A DNA stretch of 64,000 bases, taken from contig CAZQUI010000003.1 in assembly GCA_964596595.1 (NCBI GenBank), forward strand, positions 979 to 64,978, read 5' to 3'. Positions 50,217-59,052 of this stretch are shown here, piece by piece (within the stretch, counting starts at the first letter, position 1; every line of letters begins with the position of its first letter). Under the pieces are notes generated by a model that was not told the origin of the DNA, did no database searches, and was given only the letters and a program-made list of their open reading frames with translations. The translations under genes and the position numbers were made by a program. This stretch comes from an uncultured Candidatus Saccharibacteria bacterium (GTDB taxonomy: Bacteria > Patescibacteriota > Minisyncoccia > Phycocordibacterales > PALSA-1337).

Positions 50217-50427
50217 CTATAGACTATCATAATTGCAGAAAATTACAAAGGGTTGGAGATTGTATAAGAAATTGATAATATATAGGTATTCAGACAAAAA
50301 GGGGTCCAAACGGCTAACTATCTAAGGCACCCTTTTCTTTTTGTCAAAATATCTTTCTTTTACAATAAGAATTTTCTAACTGTTTTAATTCTACATTTTT
50401 TTAAAATTTTAAAACTCCTCGGAATGT

Positions 50428-50889
50428 TTAAAAATTGAGTTTAACGTTTTTTCCACGATATACTAAATAGATTCCCTTCCAACAATTACAAAGATTAACA
50501 TTTTGAACTGCCCAAGCGGACAGTTCCTTGTCTAAAGTCTCCCAATCACGTCCACCAGTGCTCAGCACATCAATAAGTAGAACTGTGTTGGAATCAGAAC
50601 GAATTGATTTTTTATCAAGCGTGCCTCTTAACAAAATTTCAGCGACGTTACTAATGTCTCGTATTATGAAATAAAGAACACTCTTAGAAGTAACTTGGAG
50701 ACGTTCTTGGGCTGCTTCCTTGTCTCCTTCAGTAATTTGATAATTAATGCCGTTATATCTTATATCTGTTGGCTCTTTTTTATTTAAATCAATGAGTGTT
50801 TCGTTAAAAATAACTGATTTATTATCAAGAAACTTTTTCAGTGTCTCCAATTCTACATCGTCTTGTGTAACTATTTTTGAATGATTCAT
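50428..50889 (-). CDS. Hypothetical protein
   Basis: ORF, start trimmed to MNHSK; EPTD..YQITE may be a PD-(D/E)xK-like core. Confidence 0.65.
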   Translation of the reverse strand: MNHSKIVTQDDVELETLKKFLDNKSVIFNETLIDLNKKEPTDIRYNGINYQITEGDKEAAQERLQVTSKSVLYFIIRDISNVAEILLRGTLDKKSIRSDSNTVLLIDVLSTGGRDWETLDKELSAWAVQNVNLCNCWKGIYLVYRGKNVKLNF

Positions 50890-51134
50890 ATACCACTTGA
50901 AGTCCAACCCTATTTCAACCACTCCTCGCATTAGCTCGAGCACTGAAATTTTATAGTCACTTCGTTATTATGTACTTCTCGCAGTGCTCTGCTCGAAGCA
51001 AATTTTTACGCTTAAAAATTTGGCTGGAGGCACTGGACCAAGTCAGAACTATTATCTTAGAAGGCCGAACGCACTTTGCTTTCAGAAAAGATTTAGCTCT
51101 TATTTGACCCCACCCCGTATATAACTATATTCTC

Positions 51135-51767
51135 TCAAACTTTCTCTAAATAAGAAATGATTACGTCTGTACCCTCCTGAAGGACTCTTACTAACATACG
51201 AGCATTTAGAGACCTTATTTCTTTTTTCTTACCCCTATCCTCAACCCAAGGAACATTTGATATTGAAACATGGTCGAGATTTGATCCTTTACGCCAAACC
51301 ATAGTCCATTCCGTATTACTATCCTTTTCGTGTAGCACATGATTTCTATATCTAAAGGTCTCATGTACATGAATTATCTTTTCCCCGCATGAAGACCAGA
51401 ACTTCTTAAAATCATCAGGCTGGTTCTCTAGGTTTTCCGAAACTGTTTTTACAAAAACACCTATCTTTGTCCAATCTATTTTAGGTGTCGCAGGAATAAA
51501 TAAGGAAGCTATATAAAGCAGCGACTCAGAAAACACTCTACCAAACACATACATAGATTTTAAGTCCAAACCAAGTTGGGTTATATCTTTATCCAAATCA
51601 GCCTTTTCTATTCTTTTCCAGATTATCTCTAAATAATGCCAATCTTTTAGGAGCACACTAAACTGCTTATTAAATTTATTTTCTTTATGAACCCTGTGGT
51701 CCTTAATGGTATTTATGTGTGCCTCAAATTTTCTTATTCTGTCATACAGAGTAGTAATTTCATTCAT
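51135..51767 (-). CDS. Hypothetical protein with HEPN-like RxxxxH motif
   Basis: Helical protein containing FRYRNHVLHE. Confidence 0.65.
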   Translation of the reverse strand: MNEITTLYDRIRKFEAHINTIKDHRVHKENKFNKQFSVLLKDWHYLEIIWKRIEKADLDKDITQLGLDLKSMYVFGRVFSESLLYIASLFIPATPKIDWTKIGVFVKTVSENLENQPDDFKKFWSSCGEKIIHVHETFRYRNHVLHEKDSNTEWTMVWRKGSNLDHVSISNVPWVEDRGKKKEIRSLNARMLVRVLQEGTDVIISYLEKV

Positions 51768-51782
51768 AAGTTTAGTAACTAA

Positions 51783-52670
51783 TCAGCGAAAGGTTCCAGT
51801 GATATAGCTCGTAACTTCTTGTGACGTATCACCCAATAATTCTCCTGAGTTAGTGTTGTGATCAAGAGTGAAAATGCCATGACCAGTTTTCTCCATAAGC
51901 ATTATAAGAAGTGCGATTGATGCGGCTGAATCGGTATACTGACTTTTAAGTTTAAGCAGTCGGTCTATGTCTTTTGTTCGTATAACCTCCAACGTCACCT
52001 TATCCCTCTCTGAGGCTTCTTCTGCAGTAAGGTGATGAGAGAAATCTACAGGAGCAATTACCACAGCACCATCGCTTACGTACTTCTCAAGCGCATTTGC
52101 GAGCTCCTCTAACTCAGGTTTAGTAATGAGAGCGCTTAGCACCAAGGGAACAACTTTTGCCTGAGGAGTAAAGTAACTTACATAAGGCATCATGCCCTGA
52201 GTAGAATGTTCTTCTACCATAACCTCGTTGTTAAAAGAAACCAGGTTCTTTTGATGTAGGCTATCAAGAATTTGCCGATCAGTTTTCACAACTCCGAATT
52301 TTGTCTCCCAATCATTTGGACTAGAAATTACGAGTGCATTACCTTTCTCATAATGGTTTGGTCCTATTAAGATGATTGTTTGAGGACTTTGTTTAGCGAG
52401 GCGAGCAAACAACTCTCCAATAAGTGATCCTGCGACTAAGTGATGTGGAATAATACCACCCACAAACGGTACTTCGGTCCCTATCGTTCCTGGAACTGGT
52501 AACCCATCGTAAAAAGCCTTTTCTTCCCAGAATTTTACTGGCAAAGGACTGCCTACGGGTTCATTGGAGATGTTTCTTGTAGGAGAAGTCTGTTGATTAC
52601 GAGAAACAAGAACAATGAGAACTAGAAGGATGACAACCGCTCCTGAAATAATTGTATATCGTGACCACAT
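51783..52670 (-). CDS. amrB: MEMO1 / AmmeMemoRadiSam protein B family with N-terminal membrane anchor
   Basis: GGIIPHH, ILIGPNH, WETKFG, EEHS, PVDFSH, NSGELLG...VTSY. Confidence 0.88.
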   Translation of the reverse strand: MWSRYTIISGAVVILLVLIVLVSRNQQTSPTRNISNEPVGSPLPVKFWEEKAFYDGLPVPGTIGTEVPFVGGIIPHHLVAGSLIGELFARLAKQSPQTIILIGPNHYEKGNALVISSPNDWETKFGVVKTDRQILDSLHQKNLVSFNNEVMVEEHSTQGMMPYVSYFTPQAKVVPLVLSALITKPELEELANALEKYVSDGAVVIAPVDFSHHLTAEEASERDKVTLEVIRTKDIDRLLKLKSQYTDSAASIALLIMLMEKTGHGIFTLDHNTNSGELLGDTSQEVTSYITGTFR

Positions 52671-52673
52671 TCT

Positions 52674-55600
52674 TTATTGAGGTAAATTAGGAGGAGTTAT
52701 TTGTTGCTTTTGTTTATATCGACGTACTCCGATAAATGCTCCGGCTGCTGCAAAAATAACTACGATAGCAATAAGAATGTTACTTCCATTTGAACTTGAA
52801 GATGAACCTTCAACAGCAGCTGTTCTTGGGTTATCATCGATAGTGACTTTTGTTGCACCGGTTCGTCCGTATACATCTGGATCGTACATTAGGAATGCAG
52901 TTGCAGGTGGAGTGTTATATACACCTCGACTTATAACCCGAGCTTTATAAGTAAATTCGACTATTCCATCATCCACATAATCAAATGATGTGATCATACC
53001 TTCCTTAGTAATCTCTTGAGCAGAAGGATAATCTCGTCCATCATAATAATTTCCATAGAAATCATTTGTAGACGAATATTCATTCTTGAACATTGGATTT
53101 ATTGGAACTAATCCCGCAGGCAATACATCTTCAATGACTAAGTATCGGCTACCAGCAGGTAGGCCGCTAACTTTCAGTCTTACTTCAACTGTTTGTCCTA
53201 CAAGGAAATCACCTTTGTAGTTTCGTTCCATTTTTAGATTATCCGCAACAGGCTTTGGCTCTCGATTTGTTTTGAATTCATCTACAACAAGAGTAGAGTA
53301 GAGTTCTCCTTGACCTGACTTTCCAATTGAAAGTTGCTGGCTTCCTGAAGTAATAGAGGTTATTGGAATAGAAATAGTTATCTCCTGGGTTAATGAATTG
53401 ATTTTACCCTGAGCAATATCTTTGTCTCCTAAACGGACCTGGTAATCGACATTCGGAGTTGTGCCACTGTAAATTTTTGAGAAGTCAGTAAGTGCCTCTA
53501 TTACCTGCGCAGTTGCAAAACTATTTCTCCAATATTCACGTGGTCGATTTTGATATAAATAACGAGCCGCTTGCTCAGCTTCATCTTTTTCACCAGCTAA
53601 GGTTAAAGCTCTAAGAGCTAGGGCAGTTGAAGCTTCAACTGATGGGAAAAACTCGCTATGTCCAGCTGTCCAATGGATCGTATTTTCAGAACGTTCAGCT
53701 TTGTTGATTAGTTCATTGACACCATTTTTTGAATTATCAGTGTAGCCATTTCTAATGTTTGAGATAATAGCAAGAGAAAGAATGTCTGGAGTAACATTTC
53801 TGAAATCTGTAAGCATTACTTTGCCCTTATCTGACCCAAGAAGGGAGAGTGTATAGATTTTAGCAATGCGAATTGAAGGGTCTGTTTCTTTGTCGATTTC
53901 ATACTCAAATCTTTGTTTTGTTCTATTGAGAATTGCTGCATCGACATCATACCCAAGACTTCTAGCTCGTACTAAATACTCAGTCGCATAAGCTGTGACA
54001 AAAGGATTGATCTCTCCCCATTGCCACCAGGTCCATCCACCTCCTGGTTGCGCTAGATCAGTCAATCTTTCTATTCCTTTCTCTACCATCTCATCCAAAT
54101 CGTTACGTTGTATAAATGATCCGAAAAGATCAGAATGTTCTTTCGCTAGAACAGCAGGAATAAATCGACTTGTTGTTTGTTCAATGCAACCATAAGGATA
54201 GTTGACCAAGTACTCCATCGCAGTTGGTAGTGTTCCTAAGAATGAAGAAGCTAAAGACAATGTCGCTTTCGATTTTGTTGGGCTGGCACCTTCACTAAGA
54301 GCTAAGGGGAACATTGCAGAATCCCGACCTACTTTTGCATACTTTTCAAAGAAGCCAAACTCCTCAACAGGTAGAGGTACCGTTACGGAATCTCTTTCAC
54401 CTGAGCCTTGTTTTTCAACTGATACATTCACTGTGGCAGCAGGATCAGGTGTTGTTGGGGTAACTTTCCAGAGAAGATTTTTTAGACCTCTTATTGGCAG
54501 ATCAAAGGCTTGAGTTGAGGAACCAAATGCTGTGAAGTTGAAAGAAGCTAGGAAATTTCCAGGCGAATCAGTAAAGTTGTGAGCAATTGATGCTAGTTCA
54601 AAAGTATCTCCCGCTCGCAAGAAATTAGGTAATGCTGGACGTACTATTACTGGTTTGGTAACCACGATTTCAGTTCTAGTTTCACCTACCTGAGTAAGAT
54701 TAGTAACGGCCACCGCATTCATAACCCAAGTCGTTAGATTATCCGGTAGTGTAAAGGTGACAGAGGCGCGACCATTAACATCTGTACGAACTGATGGATT
54801 CCAGTATGCTGTGTCCTTAAAAAGGGTCCTGCTCTCACCATCACCTTTATCATTATGTACCCAAATATTTCCAGCAAAGTAAGTGTGGTAACGTTCAATC
54901 TCAAGATTGTATACAGGCGTAACTCCTCTTTGCCATTCGATTGAACCAATAGCTAATTCCTCTCCTTTAGATGTAGTTACCTTATCTCCAATTTGAATAT
55001 CGCCAGCTACAGTCCATTTGTCATTTACCCAGAGTACATGTTCTGGAGTCACTTTCAAATCATGGTTGAGAATCAAGTAACCTGGAACAGTTGTCTCGTG
55101 AACAGCTTTTATTTTCGCACGAACTAATGTTGAGCTGTCATTACTTTCTTTGGTAAGAACAGTGTCTCCAACTTTTAAATCTTTTATAGGTACAGACCCA
55201 TTAGGAGTAAGAACTAGAGTGTCTCCAACAAAGCATCCTTTTTCAGCACCATTTGAAGAAATACCTTCAAATGAATGTGCGAAAGAAGTGGAGTTATAAC
55301 GACGATACCAAAAGGCATCGAATATAGGCTGACGAACTTCATTCATGAGCTCATAGAGGGATTTATCTACAGTCCATACTGCTACATCTGCCGACAAAGG
55401 ATTACCATTTACATCCGTAGTTGTTAAATCAAGCGTTACCTTTTCACCTGGAGCATACTTAGTGACATCTTCACGTAATTTAAGTGCAACAGCGACTTTT
55501 TTACTATCAGCCGAGACGGTTAGATCTTGAGTATTGTAATCAAAACTTTCTCCTGAAAAACTTGAAGCAGTAACAATGATATTTGGGATGTCTGTTGATA

Positions 55601-57752
55601 TTATTGGAACGGCCACTTGAGCAGATTTCCCCTTAAGTACTGCAATTTGGTAGCGATGAACACCATCACGTTCCAGCGACACAAAGACGTCTCTATCTGA
55701 AACTTCTGAAGTAATAGTGAACTGTGCTACTTCCCCTGGTTTATATTCTTTCTTATCAGCAGTGAGTGAAATTTTCTTCTGATATTGATTGTCATAGACT
55801 AATTCATTTTCTGATACTACCCATATTGAAAATTCTCGCTCAACCCGATTACCCCTACTATCAATATAAGAAACTTTGAAGATATGAGAGCCTGGATTAT
55901 TTGGAACGAAATTAATAACTGCTTCACCATTGGCATTACTTGTAACAGTAAAATTCTTTAATGACTCCGTATGGTCCTCATAGACAAAGAGAGGGCTGTA
56001 CTTACCTGGTTTACGGTCTGGATTTATTTTTCTTGTCCACCAATGTCTGCGTGGTTCAACTGAAAGTTGGACTCCTGACACAGAAGCGTTCGAATTAGCT
56101 AGAAGCTTTAATGGGAGAGAAATAGGTTCTCCAACTCTTGAACCGTAGCGATAAGATGATCGATAAACCGAATATTCACCAGCATGAACCAGTACATTTT
56201 TCTTGGTAACAGATGGGTTTCCGCTCTCATCAATGTAGCTGGCCTCGAAAACAAGAACGTGATCCTTACCATCAGATAATGCAGGGAGATTACGAGTGTC
56301 TAATTCGACAGAGGTCATGCCTTTTTCATCGAGCACAACACTATCTTCTTTGATTCTTTGCCCTCCCCAATACCCGTATTGGTATCTATCATCAAGATTA
56401 GTGCTAGAAGATGGAGAAAGGTAATAGTCACTTTCATAAAAATCAGCTGATGACACTGTGTACTTAACAGTTTGATTTGAAATAGGCTGACCAAAGAAAT
56501 ATTGACCAGAGATTGTATATTGAGCTTTATCACCTCTGATAATCTCCGGTGTATTCGTATCAACATTTATACTGTATTCAGGTTTTCTATAATGCTCCAC
56601 ATAAAAGGTAGTCAGACCACGCAACCATTGTGTGCGTTCTATTTCTTGATTTGTTGCAACCTCAACCTGATAGAAGCCAGTCGGTGAGGATTCTGGTAGA
56701 ACATATGATCCAGAAACTGTTCCCTCTGGGGATATTGGAATGTCACGTTCATATACGGCCTCATTCGTATCGTAATTTCGCAATACTCGTACATGTGCTG
56801 TTCCTGAAGGGATGGTGTAAGTAGCGTCATTATCATTTCTGACAATTGCTTTGAAATATACAGTATCGCCTGGCTTATAAAGAGGGCGATCGGTAAAAAG
56901 ATAATATTTTCGAGAAATAGTATCTGGACCAAAATCTTCGTACCTATATGAACTTGGCAAATTCAAGACCAGTAAAGCTAAATCATTGCCAGAACTTATT
57001 AAAGCAATGTCTCCTGCTTTATTAACCGGAAGACGAGCAACGCCTGTAGCATCAAAATTAGCTGAGCCGATTGTTGTCGGTGTATTTTCTAGATTGTAGA
57101 CGGCTATAGAACCCGAACCGACACTTTTTCCTGTACGTAATGATTGCTGCCAAACAATCAAATCATTATTACCTTCTCTTATTAGTCCTCCGATGTTTGA
57201 TCGGAGAATCACTGCATCGTTATAGGAATTATCATCCATCGTTGCACGTACCAACCAGAGACCAGTATCACTTATCGGAAGACTGACTTTTTGTTCTGCA
57301 GCTCCAGCATATGAAAGTTCAGTTACAAACTCCAAACCAGCAATGTCGAATGGTTTGGTATTGTAGTTTTCATACCCATTCTGATTCTTTTCTTTTGTAT
57401 ACGTTAAAAATTTAAGTAGATCTTCTTTATCAATACGATATAACGAAACTTTTAGTTGCTTGTGGAGTACTAGTCCATTGTAGTACTTCGAAATATTTAC
57501 AGCGGGTTCTTCGCTCGGTCCAAGAACGATGACTGACTGCGAACCATAATTGTTCTCTTTGTTTGCATTTGTAATTCGAATTTCTCCTGATCGCGACAAA
57601 CCCTGTGCGTATGGAGCCAAACTTACAAAAGCTATTACTGCTAGTACAAAAAAGCCAGCTAAAGAAACTCGACCTTTGCTGGTTTGAAACTGCTTTTTTA
57701 ATAAAAAACCTATCTGACTTAAGCGCTGGACCAGGCGATGACCATTTTTCAT
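52674..57752 (-). CDS. Alpha-2-macroglobulin family protein with Hint domain in bait region and C-terminal TM anchor
   Basis: LFTDRPLYKPGDTVYFK (MG2), RTLFKDTAYWNP/LPDNLTTW (A2M), thioester YPYGCIEQ, VIEDVLPAGL; start trimmed to MKNGHR. Confidence 0.93.
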   Translation of the reverse strand: MKNGHRLVQRLSQIGFLLKKQFQTSKGRVSLAGFFVLAVIAFVSLAPYAQGLSRSGEIRITNANKENNYGSQSVIVLGPSEEPAVNISKYYNGLVLHKQLKVSLYRIDKEDLLKFLTYTKEKNQNGYENYNTKPFDIAGLEFVTELSYAGAAEQKVSLPISDTGLWLVRATMDDNSYNDAVILRSNIGGLIREGNNDLIVWQQSLRTGKSVGSGSIAVYNLENTPTTIGSANFDATGVARLPVNKAGDIALISSGNDLALLVLNLPSSYRYEDFGPDTISRKYYLFTDRPLYKPGDTVYFKAIVRNDNDATYTIPSGTAHVRVLRNYDTNEAVYERDIPISPEGTVSGSYVLPESSPTGFYQVEVATNQEIERTQWLRGLTTFYVEHYRKPEYSINVDTNTPEIIRGDKAQYTISGQYFFGQPISNQTVKYTVSSADFYESDYYLSPSSSTNLDDRYQYGYWGGQRIKEDSVVLDEKGMTSVELDTRNLPALSDGKDHVLVFEASYIDESGNPSVTKKNVLVHAGEYSVYRSSYRYGSRVGEPISLPLKLLANSNASVSGVQLSVEPRRHWWTRKINPDRKPGKYSPLFVYEDHTESLKNFTVTSNANGEAVINFVPNNPGSHIFKVSYIDSRGNRVEREFSIWVVSENELVYDNQYQKKISLTADKKEYKPGEVAQFTITSEVSDRDVFVSLERDGVHRYQIAVLKGKSAQVAVPIISTDIPNIIVTASSFSGESFDYNTQDLTVSADSKKVAVALKLREDVTKYAPGEKVTLDLTTTDVNGNPLSADVAVWTVDKSLYELMNEVRQPIFDAFWYRRYNSTSFAHSFEGISSNGAEKGCFVGDTLVLTPNGSVPIKDLKVGDTVLTKESNDSSTLVRAKIKAVHETTVPGYLILNHDLKVTPEHVLWVNDKWTVAGDIQIGDKVTTSKGEELAIGSIEWQRGVTPVYNLEIERYHTYFAGNIWVHNDKGDGESRTLFKDTAYWNPSVRTDVNGRASVTFTLPDNLTTWVMNAVAVTNLTQVGETRTEIVVTKPVIVRPALPNFLRAGDTFELASIAHNFTDSPGNFLASFNFTAFGSSTQAFDLPIRGLKNLLWKVTPTTPDPAATVNVSVEKQGSGERDSVTVPLPVEEFGFFEKYAKVGRDSAMFPLALSEGASPTKSKATLSLASSFLGTLPTAMEYLVNYPYGCIEQTTSRFIPAVLAKEHSDLFGSFIQRNDLDEMVEKGIERLTDLAQPGGGWTWWQWGEINPFVTAYATEYLVRARSLGYDVDAAILNRTKQRFEYEIDKETDPSIRIAKIYTLSLLGSDKGKVMLTDFRNVTPDILSLAIISNIRNGYTDNSKNGVNELINKAERSENTIHWTAGHSEFFPSVEASTALALRALTLAGEKDEAEQAARYLYQNRPREYWRNSFATAQVIEALTDFSKIYSGTTPNVDYQVRLGDKDIAQGKINSLTQEITISIPITSITSGSQQLSIGKSGQGELYSTLVVDEFKTNREPKPVADNLKMERNYKGDFLVGQTVEVRLKVSGLPAGSRYLVIEDVLPAGLVPINPMFKNEYSSTNDFYGNYYDGRDYPSAQEITKEGMITSFDYVDDGIVEFTYKARVISRGVYNTPPATAFLMYDPDVYGRTGATKVTIDDNPRTAAVEGSSSSSNGSNILIAIVVIFAAAGAFIGVRRYKQKQQITPPNLPQ
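54852..55235 (-). other. Hint / bacterial intein-like domain (128 aa) inside the alpha-2-macroglobulin
   Basis: CFVGDTLV (block A), VTPEH (block B TxxH), VYNLEIERYHTYFAGNIWVHN (blocks F/G); +1 residue is Asp. Confidence 0.9.
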
Positions 57753-57801
57753 TTTAATTGTAATTAATAATTGAGAACAATTTATAATTCGATGGCTAAA
57801 C

Positions 57802-58818
57802 TGTAGCACAAAAACGTTTTACATGTCGAAATATTACTAGCCCAAAATATGTCAAAATGTCTCAAAACAAACAGCTCGACCCAAGAACAAGACAACGACT
57901 TCGCTGGATTGAACACTATAAGGAAATAACCAAACAAGTCTCTCTAACCTGCCGGTATTTCGGTATCAGTCGTGGCACGTTCTGCATCTGGTATCATCGT
58001 TACCTGTCGCTTGGGATTGAAGGTCTCAAAAACAAATCCTCAAGACCCCACAAGATCCACCCTTGGATACCAAAGGATGTGAGAGATACTATCATTGAAC
58101 TGCGCCTACAACGTAAATATGGTCCAATTAGGATGTCTTCGTATATCAAACAGAAATATAACTGGTTTGTCTCTGCCAGAACGATCTGGAGACTCTACAA
58201 GGAGCATGGGTTGAATCGTCTGAAATACAAGAAAAATTGGCAGAGGTATCCTCAGCACTACGCCAAACCTAATCCAGGCGACAGAGTCCAAATAGACGTT
58301 AAATTCCTTGATAGATTGGAAAATGGCAAACGATACTATCAGTTCACTGCCATTGATGACTGTACTAGATACCGAGTGCTAAGGATCTATGACCACAACA
58401 CTGTTCAAAATGCTTCCGACTTCATCGACAAAGTAAAGAATGCTCTACCGTTTGCGATCAAGCAGGTGCAGACTGACAATGGTAGCGAGTTTTCCGAGAA
58501 ATTCAGTTGGCATATGGATGACCTGGGCATTACACACAGGAAAACGAAGATTTGTTCGCAAGAAGAGAATGGAAAAGTTGAACGCAGTCACAAAACTGAT
58601 CAGGCAGAGTTCTACGGCATTAATCGTTTTGTTTCGATTGATCACTGTATGAAGCTTCTCAAACAGTGGGAGAAAGAATACAATGAGTACAGGCCTCACA
58701 TGGCACTCAAAGGAAAAACTCCTAGAGAATTTCTCGAAGAAAAACTACGAGGTCATGTGTCAAATCAGGCACTTACAGTGCCACTCAAAAGTGTTCAAGA
58801 GGTACGGAGAATTCTACA
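57802..58818 (+). mobile_element. IS481-family insertion sequence
   Basis: Ends 5'-TGTAG...CTACA-3' around a DDE transposase; no clear target duplication; left end uncertain (57802 or 57824). Confidence 0.7.
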
Positions 58819-58834
58819 TAGGGTCTGTGAATGA
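57857..58834 (+). CDS. IS481-family transposase
   Basis: N-term HTH (TCRYFGISRGTF..W), PGDRVQIDVK, AIDDCTR, QTDNGSEF, NGKVERSH, YNEYRPH. Confidence 0.93.
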   Translation: MSQNKQLDPRTRQRLRWIEHYKEITKQVSLTCRYFGISRGTFCIWYHRYLSLGIEGLKNKSSRPHKIHPWIPKDVRDTIIELRLQRKYGPIRMSSYIKQKYNWFVSARTIWRLYKEHGLNRLKYKKNWQRYPQHYAKPNPGDRVQIDVKFLDRLENGKRYYQFTAIDDCTRYRVLRIYDHNTVQNASDFIDKVKNALPFAIKQVQTDNGSEFSEKFSWHMDDLGITHRKTKICSQEENGKVERSHKTDQAEFYGINRFVSIDHCMKLLKQWEKEYNEYRPHMALKGKTPREFLEEKLRGHVSNQALTVPLKSVQEVRRILHRVCE

Positions 58835-58924
58835 CTTTTTGGGAAGTTCGAGCCCATGACTGGTTCTCAAAACTTCTTGATCGAAACGGCATTTTTAGCC
58901 GTCTCGATAGGTCTCACATGACTG

Positions 58925-58995
58925 CTGCGGGACTTGGATTCGAACCAAGATAAACGGCTTCAAAGGCCGCTGTCCTACCATTAGACGATCCCGCA
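58925..58995 (-). tRNA. tRNA-Gln(TTG)
   Basis: TGCGGGATCGTCTAATGGTAGGACA gcggc-CTTTGAA-gccgt ...GGTTCGAATCC...TCCCGCAG. Confidence 0.95.
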
Positions 58996-59052
58996 AAGAT
59001 GTGGTAATAGCTTATAGTTTTTATGACTTAAAGTAAATACACCACTTATTTA

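Noticed and set aside
54852-55235. Selfish homing intein
   Set aside because: Only 128 aa, no LAGLIDADG/HNH domain, +1 Asp, and located in an exported protein; it fits a BIL/pretoxin-Hint type better.
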